Positions 39,393 to 49,165 of a DNA stretch of 64,000 bases are shown in pieces (position 1 is the stretch's first letter; every line of letters starts with the position of its first letter). The notes beneath the pieces were generated by a model. The model was not told the DNA's origin, did not search any database, and was given only the letters and a program-made list of their open reading frames with translations. The stretch spans positions 32,001 through 96,000 of the forward strand of contig JBGSMV010000015.1 of NCBI GenBank assembly GCA_041739995.1, read 5' to 3'. Source of the stretch: Bdellovibrionota bacterium (GTDB taxonomy: Bacteria > Bdellovibrionota_C > UBA2361 > JBGSMV01). The position numbers and the translations under genes were made by a program.

Positions 39393-40661
39393 ATGTCGAC
39401 AGTAACGTTCGCTGATGTGGTTCACCAACTGATTGACTTCTCGACCGAAGACCCGGCAGAAGCGGCAGTGCTTCGCATAATCGACACTCCCTGGTTCCAG
39501 CGTCTGCGGGATATTTCACAAACTGCGAACACCCGCTTGGTTTATATGTTTTCTGAGCATTCGCGCTTCGGTCACTCCATTGGCGTTGCACACCTCGCAA
39601 AGCTCTTGATGGATCGGCTCCAAATCCGATTCCCTGAAAGTGTCACCCCTTATCGAACTGCGGTGTTATTGTCGGCAACTTTACACGACATTGGGCACCT
39701 AGCTCCTGGTTCGCACACCGCTTTTAAAGCCTGGTTTCCAGGGCAGCCAGACACTCACGAAGACCTTTCGGCAAAAATTATTAACGAAGACCCCTCAATT
39801 CGATCGATCTTAGACCGCGTCGGCCCTGATGTTCGCAAAACCGTCACTGCCATCCTTGAAGAATCCAGCAGCGTACCCGCCTGGACCTGGGAAATTATCA
39901 GCGGCGGCGGATGGAATGTGGACCGCGGAAACTGGTGTATTGTCGACAGTATCCTGGCAGGTGTCAGCTACGGACGGTACAACGTCGCGGCCTTGACCGA
40001 AGCAATGCAACTCACCGCAGATCATCACCTGGCACTCAATGAGAGTCGCTTAGATGCCATGATGCATTTCACACTGTCTCGTCACGCCATGTATCGCCAG
40101 ATTTACCAGCACCGCGTGCTGCTCGCGGCTGACACTATAAACCGTGCGGTGGTGCAACGCGCTCGTGACCTTGGAGAAAAGATTCCGTTCGCAGACGAAG
40201 TCATGCAACAGGTACTCGCTGCGGCCTCACCTGAAGTGCTGCCGCTTTCTGCCATTTTCTCAATGCGTGAGTCCTGGTGGAAATATCACCTGATGCGCTG
40301 GGCCGATGGCTCTGACAAAATTCTTAGCGATCTTTCACGACGCTTAATAGATCGCAGATTGTTTAAAACCGTCCGGGTGCACGAAGTCGATAGCGAAGCG
40401 GCGCTTTTGGAGAAGGCCCGCGAGACCGTTATCGAAGCCGGGTTTGACCCACGCTATTACCTGCACTCAGTAGAGACGAGCGACGTACATGCAGGCGATT
40501 TCCAGACTCCTATGCTGGTACAAATGGACGATGGTCGGCTCCGCCACTTGAGTGATGCCGAACCTTTGTTCAAGGCGCTGGTGCGCGAGTCCCGCGGCAG
40601 TAGCAAGCAATGGATCGTGCTTCCCGATGAAGCCAAGCAGCTCTTTGGGCGTTCGCGCTAG
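39393..40661 (+). CDS. HD-domain phosphohydrolase (SAMHD1/YwfO-like)
   Basis: 'FQRLRDISQ', 'HSRFGHSIG', 'LHDIGH', 'MYRQIYQH'. Confidence 0.88.
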   Translation: MSTVTFADVVHQLIDFSTEDPAEAAVLRIIDTPWFQRLRDISQTANTRLVYMFSEHSRFGHSIGVAHLAKLLMDRLQIRFPESVTPYRTAVLLSATLHDIGHLAPGSHTAFKAWFPGQPDTHEDLSAKIINEDPSIRSILDRVGPDVRKTVTAILEESSSVPAWTWEIISGGGWNVDRGNWCIVDSILAGVSYGRYNVAALTEAMQLTADHHLALNESRLDAMMHFTLSRHAMYRQIYQHRVLLAADTINRAVVQRARDLGEKIPFADEVMQQVLAAASPEVLPLSAIFSMRESWWKYHLMRWADGSDKILSDLSRRLIDRRLFKTVRVHEVDSEAALLEKARETVIEAGFDPRYYLHSVETSDVHAGDFQTPMLVQMDDGRLRHLSDAEPLFKALVRESRGSSKQWIVLPDEAKQLFGRSR

Positions 40662-40745
40662 GGCGAGTTCGCTCTGAGACGGAATGTCTCGCAGTAATAA
40701 ACGGAGCAGTACATTTGCATCGAGAGAGCCAGATGACAGACCCAT
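40662..40745 (-). pseudogene. Truncated PIN/VapC toxin
   Basis: 'SLDANVLLRLLLRDIPSQ' is a PIN N-terminus; the frame then runs into the convergent HD gene. Confidence 0.7.
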
Positions 40746-40747
40746 GG

Positions 40748-41011
40748 CTACTTCTTTCCACGGCTTTGGTAAAAATCACTCACATCGGAAAGTGGCGCGC
40801 GCTCAGGAGATAGGTGCTTTGATGTCATCTATTGAATTTCTTCGAATGTAGCTGGCTTGGATATAACCGCTTCTCCGCGATCGGGATAAAAGCGAATGGT
40901 CAGCTTCGCGCCGCGTTCGGTTATGCCCCACTGGCGCCGCATTTCAACCGGCAACGTGGATGTCCCCTGGCTGGTAGCCGAGATGGTGTCTTCGATTACT
41001 TTTTTTGCGAT
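40748..41011 (-). pseudogene. AbrB/MazE-type antitoxin pseudogene
   Basis: ATC in place of a start, then AKKVIEDTISATSQGTSTLPVEMRRQWGITERGAKL; in-frame TAG at 40829-40831; final stop is 2 nt before the toxin ATG. Confidence 0.7.
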
Positions 41012-41070
41012 GTAAGAAATTTAAGATCTCCTTACTTTATTGATAAGTAAGATATTTTTAAAATACTTAC
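41012..41070. promoter_or_regulatory. Two GTAAG-N14-CTTAC palindromes (TA operator-like)
   Basis: At 41012-41035 and 41047-41070, AT-rich, directly upstream of the antitoxin relic. Confidence 0.65.
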
Positions 41071-41561
41071 ACTCCAAGCAGGTAAGCTCGTGAATTCAAG
41101 GCGTTGCGGTTGATGATGCGCTTGAGATTGGAGGAAAGGAAAAGGGGGGCGAGAATGTGATAAACCACACCGACAAACCCTCTTAACCATATGTGCCCGT
41201 AGAGACCAGTGAAAATGGTGCACCACATCGCTCACAACCTAAGACCGCAGGGTCACTTCCTTTCATGGCTTGACTCGGCCCAAGTGAGCTCTACGGGAAC
41301 GCCCTTATCTCCTCCGGGGCACAAAAACCACCCCCACTAACAGGCTGGTGAAAAGTACCCTCCTTGGCACTTTTTCACCCGCTCCAAGCTTCTTTCGCGC
41401 GACGAGCGGCGCGAAATCCGCATCGCTTCGCGTACTTACGCTTTGCTCCAGTCCGCGCTCGGACATCCTGTCCTGCCTAGCAGGGTCGTGAAATGAGTTT
41501 TCCACAACCCTGCTAAGTCTTCTATTGGGTTTTCGGTAGGCTTTGTTCTATTAACTACCTC

Positions 41562-43835
41562 ATGAGTCAACCTCCGGTAGATCAACCTGCCACTCCAGCG
41601 AAGGATACAACCTCATCAAACGGGACACCGTCAAACGGTGTCGCCTCTCATCCACCATCTCACACAGGGCCCGACCCTGCTGCACCCGACCCTGCTGCAC
41701 CCGGCCCTGCTGCACCCGGCTCGGTCAGCGTCGATCGTCTTGAGTCCGGCCTAGCGATACTCCGTCTCGGCGCCGAACAAGAACGCGTAGTCACCCTGAC
41801 GTTTGAGCGCATGAAATCTCTGCGCTCTGCAGTTGAAGCTCTAAAAGCTTCTCCGCCAAAAGGTCTCGTCATCACCGGCTCTGGACCGGATATGTTTACC
41901 GCAGGCGCTGATCTAAATCTTATTCAGAATGTGTCGAACCCAGCTGAGGCTGCGCAACTTGCGAAAGAGGGCCAAGACATTTTCTCCATCATTGAGTCGC
42001 TTCCCTGCGTCACCGTCGCTGCCATTAGCGGCCCATGTGTCGGCGGTGGCTGCGAACTTGCACTTGCCTGTAAGATTCGAATAATTACTGATCACCGCAG
42101 CAGTATAATTGGACTTCCAGAAATTAAACTCGGGATTCTCCCTGGATTCGGCGGCACACAACGACTCCCGCGTTTGGTCGGATTACCAAAGGCGCTCGAT
42201 ATTATTCTCGCCGGCAAAACGCTGCGACCAAAACAGGCACTCGCCTGCGGGTTAGTAAATGAGGTTACTACGGTCGAACGATTGCGTCAGCGCGCAGAAG
42301 AAGTCGCACTCGGCCATCGCCCTGCGCGTGCAATTCGCCTGCGCCTGATCGATCGCCTGCTTACCCATACTGGATTGGGTCGCTCTATAGTGAAAAAGAA
42401 AGCTTCCGCCGGTATCGCGCGCGAAACGCGTGGACACTATCCTGCACCACCTGCCGCTCTCAACGCTGTCTTGCTTGGCCTGGAACAAGGCCTAGCAGTA
42501 GGCTACCGCTTTGAGGCTCAAGAGCTTGGTCGCTTAATCGTCACGCCAGAAAGCAAATCACTTGTACGACTTTTCTTTCTTACTGAAACGGCAAAAGCCC
42601 TCGGCAAGCCCGCACGCAAAGATGTGGAGCATCTTCACGCCGTGGTGGTGGGTGCTGGGGTCATGGGGGCGGGAATCGCAGGGTCTTTGGCGCGCAATGA
42701 CTGCCACGTGATATTGAAAGACACTTCGGAAGAAGCGCTTTCACGCGGCATCTCTCAAATTCGTGGCACACTTTCTAAGGCTCGCCACCTCTCTGATACA
42801 GAGAGAAGCTTTGTCCTTAACCGTATTGAAACAGCGACTAAAGATCCAAGCAGCCTCGGCAATTCTCACTTCGTGATTGAAGCTATTTTTGAGAACTTAG
42901 AGGTCAAACAAAAGCTGCTTGGGAATCTGTCGAAGTTATTACCGCCCGATGCAATCATCGCATCTAACACCTCGTCGCTTTCCATCTCGCAGATAGCCTC
43001 GGTTATTGACCGCCCTGAGCGCGTGATCGGAATGCATTTTTTCAACCCCGTTGAGAAAATGCCCTTAGTCGAAATCGTCTGCGGAAAGGCGACTGGCACT
43101 CGCGCGATCGCCATCGTCGCCGCACTCGCGACTAAGCTCGGCAAGTTTCCAATTGTGGTCGATGATGTGCCTGGATTCTTAGTGAATCGAATTCTCTCAC
43201 CCTATATCGGCGAAGCTGGATTCCTTATCTCCGAGGGCTTTGGCTTTAAAGAGATTGACCAAGCCGCTGAGCGTTTCGGTATGCCGATGGGTCCCATACG
43301 CCTGCTTGATGAAGTTGGTCTTGATGTGGCGCAGCATGTCTCAGAAATAATGGTGGCCGGATACGGCGAGCGTATGAAAGCCCCGGAGCACGCCCGAAAG
43401 CTGCTTGCCATAGGGCGTCGAGGTAAGAAAACCGGTGCAGGTTTCTATGATTTCTCTGATAAGTCAGCGACGCCGTCCGACGTTGCTCGCGCAGCACTTG
43501 AGATAAATGCACCTGCCGCCTCGGGGCCTGAGAAACCAGATCTCGCTGAAAGAATGATTTTACGTTTGGTAAACGAAGCAGTGCGTTGCCTCGATGAAGC
43601 GGTTGCTGGTCAACCAGGACCGGAGGCAGCTGCACAGATAGACCTTGGCACCGTGATGGGCATTGGCTTTCCGCCATTTAGAGGCGGCATAATTAGTTAC
43701 GCGCAGTCCCTTGGGGCAAAGGCGATTCTCGAGCGCCTAGAGACTCTCTTTAGAAAGCATGGTTCCCGCTTCGAACCTTCAGAAGGCATTCGATCACGCG
43801 CCGCATCTGGAAAATCTTTCTTTGAGTCGATTTGA
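41562..43835 (+). CDS. fadJ: Fatty acid oxidation complex alpha (enoyl-CoA hydratase/3-hydroxyacyl-CoA dehydrogenase)
   Basis: 'AGADL', 'GGGCELALAC', 'GLPEIKLG', 'GAGVMGAG', 'SNTSSL', 'GMHFFNPV'. Confidence 0.9.
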   Translation: MSQPPVDQPATPAKDTTSSNGTPSNGVASHPPSHTGPDPAAPDPAAPGPAAPGSVSVDRLESGLAILRLGAEQERVVTLTFERMKSLRSAVEALKASPPKGLVITGSGPDMFTAGADLNLIQNVSNPAEAAQLAKEGQDIFSIIESLPCVTVAAISGPCVGGGCELALACKIRIITDHRSSIIGLPEIKLGILPGFGGTQRLPRLVGLPKALDIILAGKTLRPKQALACGLVNEVTTVERLRQRAEEVALGHRPARAIRLRLIDRLLTHTGLGRSIVKKKASAGIARETRGHYPAPPAALNAVLLGLEQGLAVGYRFEAQELGRLIVTPESKSLVRLFFLTETAKALGKPARKDVEHLHAVVVGAGVMGAGIAGSLARNDCHVILKDTSEEALSRGISQIRGTLSKARHLSDTERSFVLNRIETATKDPSSLGNSHFVIEAIFENLEVKQKLLGNLSKLLPPDAIIASNTSSLSISQIASVIDRPERVIGMHFFNPVEKMPLVEIVCGKATGTRAIAIVAALATKLGKFPIVVDDVPGFLVNRILSPYIGEAGFLISEGFGFKEIDQAAERFGMPMGPIRLLDEVGLDVAQHVSEIMVAGYGERMKAPEHARKLLAIGRRGKKTGAGFYDFSDKSATPSDVARAALEINAPAASGPEKPDLAERMILRLVNEAVRCLDEAVAGQPGPEAAAQIDLGTVMGIGFPPFRGGIISYAQSLGAKAILERLETLFRKHGSRFEPSEGIRSRAASGKSFFESI

Positions 43836-43988
43836 TTCGACGGTTGATGTTCCCCTCTTTCGTTCATAAAGCCCAAAAACATGCCGGGGGGCGGTAACCT
43901 CCCGGTATGTTACAAATGTTCACAGAATGTGATCACTCACGTTGGTCCTTGTGTGCCAGTGACGAAGAACGCGACAAACGAGCTTTTG

Positions 43989-44768
43989 TCACTCGCTAGG
44001 TACAACTTGCATCGAATCTCCGGAGCTCACGAGACGAAAGCCCGTCGCGGGAGCAACCCACACGACGTACTCGATCTCGATGTTCTGCGGAATCTGATCT
44101 CGGCCCCAAGGATGATCATCAAGCCGCGAGAACCCTCCGTCCTTTTCCCGAGTACCGCGAATCACCACCCTCCCCTGGCTCTCCTTGAATCCTGCGCGAG
44201 AAAACGCGGTCAGCATTCGATGATCCGAGTCCGGATGGGACTTGACGTGCCCGGCGACCGCCGTCGCACCGCGCTCAGCTGCGACGCTCAACGCACCGCG
44301 AAGCAGTGCTTGCCCAATACCCTTGCGTCGGATCTCTCGATCGACACACAGGGAACGAATGAAAGCCGGAACCGGAGTTCCGAGCTGTATGAGACAAGCA
44401 ACCGTCTTGGCAGCGTAGGTCGAGCTGATTGCCGCCCCGAGATGCAGCACGAGAAATCCGACCACCTTCCCATCGCCCTCGGTGGCATACAGCACCTGCA
44501 CCGATTCGGGCTCGGTGTCAGCACGATTGAGCGAATCACGCCTCGGCGGAAACACCAACCCGCTGCCGGTCAGATGCCAGAGCGAACGATGCGCGAGGTC
44601 AAGAATCTCGCGCTTGATGCGATCGGAATGCTTGATCTCGTCTGCCGTCGACGCCGCACTGATTGGCGTGAGCGCGTGAACGCTGATGGTCGAAGCATTG
44701 ACCGAGGCATCAGAGACCTTGACCTGACCACTTACCATTTCCATGACAAACCTCTCCTTGCTCTCCAA
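43989..44768 (-). CDS. GNAT family acetyltransferase
   Basis: 'IRSLCVDREIRRKGIGQALL', 'FSRAGF'. Confidence 0.8.
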   Translation of the reverse strand: MESKERFVMEMVSGQVKVSDASVNASTISVHALTPISAASTADEIKHSDRIKREILDLAHRSLWHLTGSGLVFPPRRDSLNRADTEPESVQVLYATEGDGKVVGFLVLHLGAAISSTYAAKTVACLIQLGTPVPAFIRSLCVDREIRRKGIGQALLRGALSVAAERGATAVAGHVKSHPDSDHRMLTAFSRAGFKESQGRVVIRGTREKDGGFSRLDDHPWGRDQIPQNIEIEYVVWVAPATGFRLVSSGDSMQVVPSE

Positions 44769-45061
44769 TATCGCTGGTGAGCGCTTGCGCCTGCCGTGAA
44801 AAAGAATCGCTCCAAGCGACGCTCTTTACCGACAGGTAGGTGAACCTTCTGCCCTTTAAGGCATGTTTTTGCGATTACGAACGAATTCGATCTACTCGGA
44901 TAAGGTGGTGGAAATGAGCACGCAAACGCGATCGACGCCTTTGTTGGTCAATCACATAACCGTAACCAATTCCTAACACAACTCTAACAGTTGTTAAACT
45001 GTTTTTGTCTTGTATATTTAGGTGGTTAGAAGACTTTGGGGCGAATGCAGACGCGTTTGTG

Positions 45062-45538
45062 CTACTTGGAAGACAGGTTATTGGTTCTGTATTCCTCAGC
45101 TACGCGCTCATTGAGCGCGAGCCAGAGAATTCGAAAATTCCCCAGAGCCGCCCAATACATCTCTTTGAATAATTGAGACTTCTGTTTACCAACAGAGTTG
45201 AGCACCACGGGCTGATTACCCTCAATGATCCAGTGGCTCGCAAACAGCACGCCATACGTCGCCACCACTTGGGCAAAAAGAGCCAGAATCAGCGCTTCAA
45301 GGCCTGAATTGCGCGCATACTGGAATCCAAACACGAGCGAAAAGGTGAAAACCCCTAAGAGCGTGCCTGCATAATGCCACATTCGAGTTTTCGGATTGCT
45401 GTGCTGTGATAGGTAGAGCGGCCAGAATTCTTTGAAGCTCTTCACGGTTGCAGGGTCAGCGCCCGCTGACGAAACCTGCGGTGGAGTCTGAACTTTTTCA
45501 TACTCACTTCCCCTACTGTTCCTCTCATTCTCGTCCAT
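45062..45538 (-). CDS. DUF962/Mpo1-like membrane protein
   Basis: 'SFKEFWPLYLSQHSNPKTRMWHYAG', 'SHWIIEGNQP'. Confidence 0.88.
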   Translation of the reverse strand: MDENERNSRGSEYEKVQTPPQVSSAGADPATVKSFKEFWPLYLSQHSNPKTRMWHYAGTLLGVFTFSLVFGFQYARNSGLEALILALFAQVVATYGVLFASHWIIEGNQPVVLNSVGKQKSQLFKEMYWAALGNFRILWLALNERVAEEYRTNNLSSK

Positions 45539-45638
45539 AGCACTCTCCAAAACTCATAAACTCAAAGGAACTACCAGATCTAACGCATCCTAAAGCTACC
45601 ACATCCGACTAATTCGCCCAACGCACCCACTCGCAATC

Positions 45639-45654
45639 CGGCATACCTTTTGCA
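45639..45654 (+). promoter_or_regulatory. Possible sigma54 promoter
   Basis: CGGCATACCTTTTGCA (GG-N10-GC), about 105 bp before the ATG at 45759. Confidence 0.45.
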
Positions 45655-45758
45655 GAATAGGTCCATCAGGGTGTTAGTTGGTCGATCGACACTGGTTCCG
45701 GGAACCATGTAGGGAACTCGCGTAAAGTGATAGTACGGGCCGTAGAAAGGGAAGTAGC

Positions 45759-46991
45759 ATGCTACTCAATCACCTTCGGCCATTCTTTCAACAGTCGCCT
45801 TTCGACATGCTGTCGCCAAAGCGCCTGGTCAAAATCTTCGTTGCGACGCTGATTGCCCAAGCCGCTGTCTCGCTGATTGATTATTCTTACGCACACGCAC
45901 TCAACTCAAAGTCCATTCGCGTCACTCGCCGGATACAAGCTCGCCTAATAGTTACAGACCACGCGCTCTCAAACAAAAAGGATCTGGTCTGCCTTCGCCG
46001 CAAACGCGGCCGCACTCCGATTCCAGGCCATCTCAGGAAGAAAAGAAAGGCTTCTTTCTTTATTCCGTTACGTCGTTCACGAAGAAATATCTCCTCGTTC
46101 GAAATGCTTACCTCGGTATGTACTCTAGCTCCCGGCCCTGTCCCTGAATTTACCGCCTCGCCAAACCCAACTGCAGCGCCAACAAATAGCGCGACGCCGA
46201 CTAGCCGAGCCACGGAAACTCCGACTCTTTCTCCCACCGCGGGAGCCACCCATACGCCTACTCGCACCGCCACGGCTACACGAACTGCCACAGTTACCGC
46301 CACGCGAACGGCCACCCGTACCCCAACCCGCACAGCGACTTCTGGACCGCCAGGAACCTCGACTCCAACGCGGACGGCCACCGCCACACCTACCCGCACG
46401 GCAACTCATACGGCGACACGCACTCCTACTCGGACCGCGACTCCCACACCAACGCGCACTCCGACCATGACGTCAACGCCTACGCCCACAACGGTCGGAT
46501 GTGTTCCACCTGCTGGCTACTCTCCTATTCGTACCGAAAGTGAATTTCGAAATATGAGTAACAGAAATGGCAACTATTTCTTGTGTAACAACATCCACCT
46601 CTCCACTGCGCTTAGCCCGCTTTTCAATAACGAAAGTTTCCGAGGTACTCTTGATGGCGGCAACAGAACCTTAAGTGGCGTGTCGCTCATCGCTCCTTCG
46701 CTACCCTCATATGGACTAGTGCGAGTTCTTGAAGGTGGCGTCATCCGCAACCTGACTATCACGAATCCCCAAGTCCACGGCAAAGGTGCCGTGGGTGTAG
46801 TTGCAGGTCTTTCTGCAGGAACGATCCAAAACGTCACCATCGTTGGAGGACAAGTGACTGCTGACCGGCACCCTGCAGGAGTGTTCGTTGGCATTCAAAT
46901 TAATGGCTCTCTCCAGAATTGCAGTTCGAGCACCTTTGTAACTGCCCAGGGACAAACAGGAGATCAATCAATAGGAGTGAGTTTCCCATGA
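45759..46991 (+). CDS. Secreted protein: basic domain, Thr/Pro-rich linker, GLUG-like beta-helix
   Basis: Signal peptide [10 protein letters not shown] repeats; '[23 protein letters not shown]'. Confidence 0.8.
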   Translation: MLLNHLRPFFQQSPFDMLSPKRLVKIFVATLIAQAAVSLIDYSYAHALNSKSIRVTRRIQARLIVTDHALSNKKDLVCLRRKRGRTPIPGHLRKKRKASFFIPLRRSRRNISSFEMLTSVCTLAPGPVPEFTASPNPTAAPTNSATPTSRATETPTLSPTAGATHTPTRTATATRTATVTATRTATRTPTRTATSGPPGTSTPTRTATATPTRTATHTATRTPTRTATPTPTRTPTMTSTPTPTTVGCVPPAGYSPIRTESEFRNMSNRNGNYFLCNNIHLSTALSPLFNNESFRGTLDGGNRTLSGVSLIAPSLPSYGLVRVLEGGVIRNLTITNPQVHGKGAVGVVAGLSAGTIQNVTIVGGQVTADRHPAGVFVGIQINGSLQNCSSSTFVTAQGQTGDQSIGVSFP

Positions 46992-47791
46992 TGCGAAAGC
47001 TAATACTTTTCTCTCTTCTCTTCGGCATAACCGCACCCGTGGCATTGGCTGCACCCGATGCGGTCAGGGTCACGCGCAAGATCAGTGCGCTTCTGATTCA
47101 TACCGGTGAACGCCTGCCAAACAGAAAAGCTCTGGTGTGTTTGCAGCGCAACCCTAAGAAAGCACCTGCTCCTGGGTGGTTGAGAAAGGTCAAAAAGGTC
47201 CACGAATGGGTGCCTTTTAAAAAGACCAGAAAGAATCGAACAGCATTCAAGGCCATTAAGGCCAAGTGTATCTCCCACGCCCCGGCTCCTTCTGAGTGTA
47301 TTGCACCCCAAGGATTTGTCGGGATCTCTAGTGCAGAGACCTTCGCCCATCTCTCTGACCCGGAAGGAAAATACTTCCTATGTAACGACATTGAATTCCC
47401 ACAACCAATTGCTCCTTTAATGAACTCGCAAGCGTTCAAGGGAACTCTTGACGGAAATGGGAAGTCAATTCGTGGACTTCAAATCATTCGTCCGAACGAA
47501 CCCTCCATCGGACTGTTTCGTGTGCTGCAAGGCGCCACCATTAAGAACCTGCGCATCATCGCACCAAGCGTGCAGGGCAAGGGCGTAGTGGGAGTCCTCG
47601 CCGGAATATCAACGGCAACCATAGAACGAGTGGTGGTTGAAGGCGGCGGAGTCGTCTCCGAGCGTTATCCCGCTGGTTCTCTCGTCGGTGTGCAGCTAGG
47701 CGGAAACATCAACGCGTCAGAAGCCAGTGCAAGTGTCACGGCGCAGGGGCAACGCGCAGACATGATGCGAGGACTCTCGTTTCCTCCCTGA
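46988..47791 (+). CDS. Paralogous secreted GLUG-like beta-helix protein without the Thr linker
   Basis: ATGA overlap; signal peptide ALA; '[23 protein letters not shown]'. Confidence 0.8.
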   Translation: MMRKLILFSLLFGITAPVALAAPDAVRVTRKISALLIHTGERLPNRKALVCLQRNPKKAPAPGWLRKVKKVHEWVPFKKTRKNRTAFKAIKAKCISHAPAPSECIAPQGFVGISSAETFAHLSDPEGKYFLCNDIEFPQPIAPLMNSQAFKGTLDGNGKSIRGLQIIRPNEPSIGLFRVLQGATIKNLRIIAPSVQGKGVVGVLAGISTATIERVVVEGGGVVSERYPAGSLVGVQLGGNINASEASASVTAQGQRADMMRGLSFPP

Positions 47792-47824
47792 ACTCACCAG
47801 TGACTTTAGGTCCTCTCATAATAT

Positions 47825-47881
47825 TCAACCAAACGGTTGACACTGTGCCTCGCGCTGCTCTATATTCAACCATATGGTTGA
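47825..47881 (+). promoter_or_regulatory. sigma70 promoter with two TCAACC-N4-GGTTGA operators
   Basis: TTGACA at 47837 and TATATT at 47861; palindromes at 47825-47840 and 47866-47881. Confidence 0.8.
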
Positions 47882-48266
47882 TAAAGATGCCCTTCAATTA
47901 GATAGAGTTTTTCATGCGCTGTCGGATGCGACCAGGCGCGCGATCCTTGAACAGCTTGCCCACGGTGAGCAAAGCGTCACAGAAGTAGCAGAGCCTCATG
48001 ATCAAACTCTGGCAGGAATTTCGAAGCACCTAAAGGTGCTCGAGGCAGCTTCTCTAATTGAGAAGACGCGTCTCGGCAGAGTGATTCAGTGTCGGGCTAC
48101 TCTTGAGCCACTTGGGTCCGCTTACGCAGCTTTAGAAGAACTGGGGGCTTTCTGGCGTAAGAAGCTAGAGGCGCTCGATCTATTTTTGAAGGAAGAAAAG
48201 GAGCATATAAATGACAAGCAAAGTACAACATCCAAAAGTCGTCGTAAAAAAATTCGTTCACGCTGA
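47874..48266 (+). CDS. ArsR/SmtB family regulator
   Basis: 'LDRVFHALSDATRRAIL..L..GE.SV..ISKHLKVLE'. Confidence 0.92.
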   Translation: MVDKDALQLDRVFHALSDATRRAILEQLAHGEQSVTEVAEPHDQTLAGISKHLKVLEAASLIEKTRLGRVIQCRATLEPLGSAYAALEELGAFWRKKLEALDLFLKEEKEHINDKQSTTSKSRRKKIRSR

Positions 48267-48693
48267 CTGTGAGCGAGTATTTGACGCCTGGACAAAGCCC
48301 GAACTAATGCAGCAGTGGATGATTCCCGGAGACGGTACTGCAAAAACATCGAACGACTTTCGCGTTGGCGGTTCATACAGTCATGAGATGATAAAGCAAC
48401 AGGCCGCGTCAGACTGCGTGGGCGGAACCGCGTGCGCTGATGGAACATTTAGCTACATGCACGAAGGTATCTACGAAGAGATCAATCGCCCTCACCGGCT
48501 TGTCTTCACCTGGAACTCACCAGCCGTACAGAACACGCGAGTGACCGTTGAGCTAAAAGCCCAAGACGGTGGGACCGCTGTCACGGTCACCCACGAGTTG
48601 ATTGACTCCGACGAACAGCGACAGAGTCATACTAGCGGATGGGAAGGGTGCTTGGAAAACCTGGCTTTGTTTTCGAAAGCAGCGGGCAAGTAA
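48211..48693 (+). CDS. SRPBCC/AHSA1 domain protein
   Basis: 'ERVFDAWTKPELMQQW', 'DFRVGGSY', 'RLVFTW', 'GWEGCLENL'. Confidence 0.9.
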   Translation: MTSKVQHPKVVVKKFVHADCERVFDAWTKPELMQQWMIPGDGTAKTSNDFRVGGSYSHEMIKQQAASDCVGGTACADGTFSYMHEGIYEEINRPHRLVFTWNSPAVQNTRVTVELKAQDGGTAVTVTHELIDSDEQRQSHTSGWEGCLENLALFSKAAGK

Positions 48694-48741
48694 TATTTAC
48701 TCACGCGATCCGAAGGCGCGCGGTGTTCTGCGCCGTTTCGT

Positions 48742-48818
48742 TTTCACCACGGAGTTACACAGAGGATCTCAGAGGAAAGAGTTTTCCTCTGTGTAACTCC
48801 GTGTCCTCTGTGGTGAAA
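48742..48818. repeat. Palindromic REP/MITE-like element
   Basis: TTTCACCACGGAGTTACACAGAGG...CCTCTGTGTAACTCCGTGTCCTCTGTGGTGAAA. Confidence 0.7.
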
Positions 48819-49165
48819 TAGAGCGGTGCTGAAATGTAATACTTCGCAGTTCACGACGATCACCCACTTCCGTTCTCGGTCGCTCACGTACTGCCTTTCA
48901 GCTTTTTGCCTAGGCCTCCATAGGCAATGCGAGGGGTGAACTCTCCATAAATTCCTGAGTCCTTGCGAGGCGTTTCTCAGTTGTAGAAACGGTCACCCTC
49001 TCTTTTCGACTGATTCGAACTGATGCGCTCCCTAAAGCGACCCTTTCCCAAGCAACCAAGTTCTTAAGCGGCAAAGGTTTTTTCATATGCTCATGCTTTA
49101 GTGCCGTTTCAACGACACTTCTAATGGGGGTAGGGATTCAGGAAGCGTTTGAGGGAGAGTCCCCT

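Noticed and set aside
40467..40745. Intact 92-aa toxin
   Set aside because: Only the first ~28 aa are PIN-like; the rest is antisense to the HD gene.
43881..44780. 299-aa plus-strand ORF
   Set aside because: Antisense shadow of the GNAT gene.
44858..44873. sigma54 promoter AGGCATGTTTTTGC
   Set aside because: GG-GC spacing is 9, not 10.
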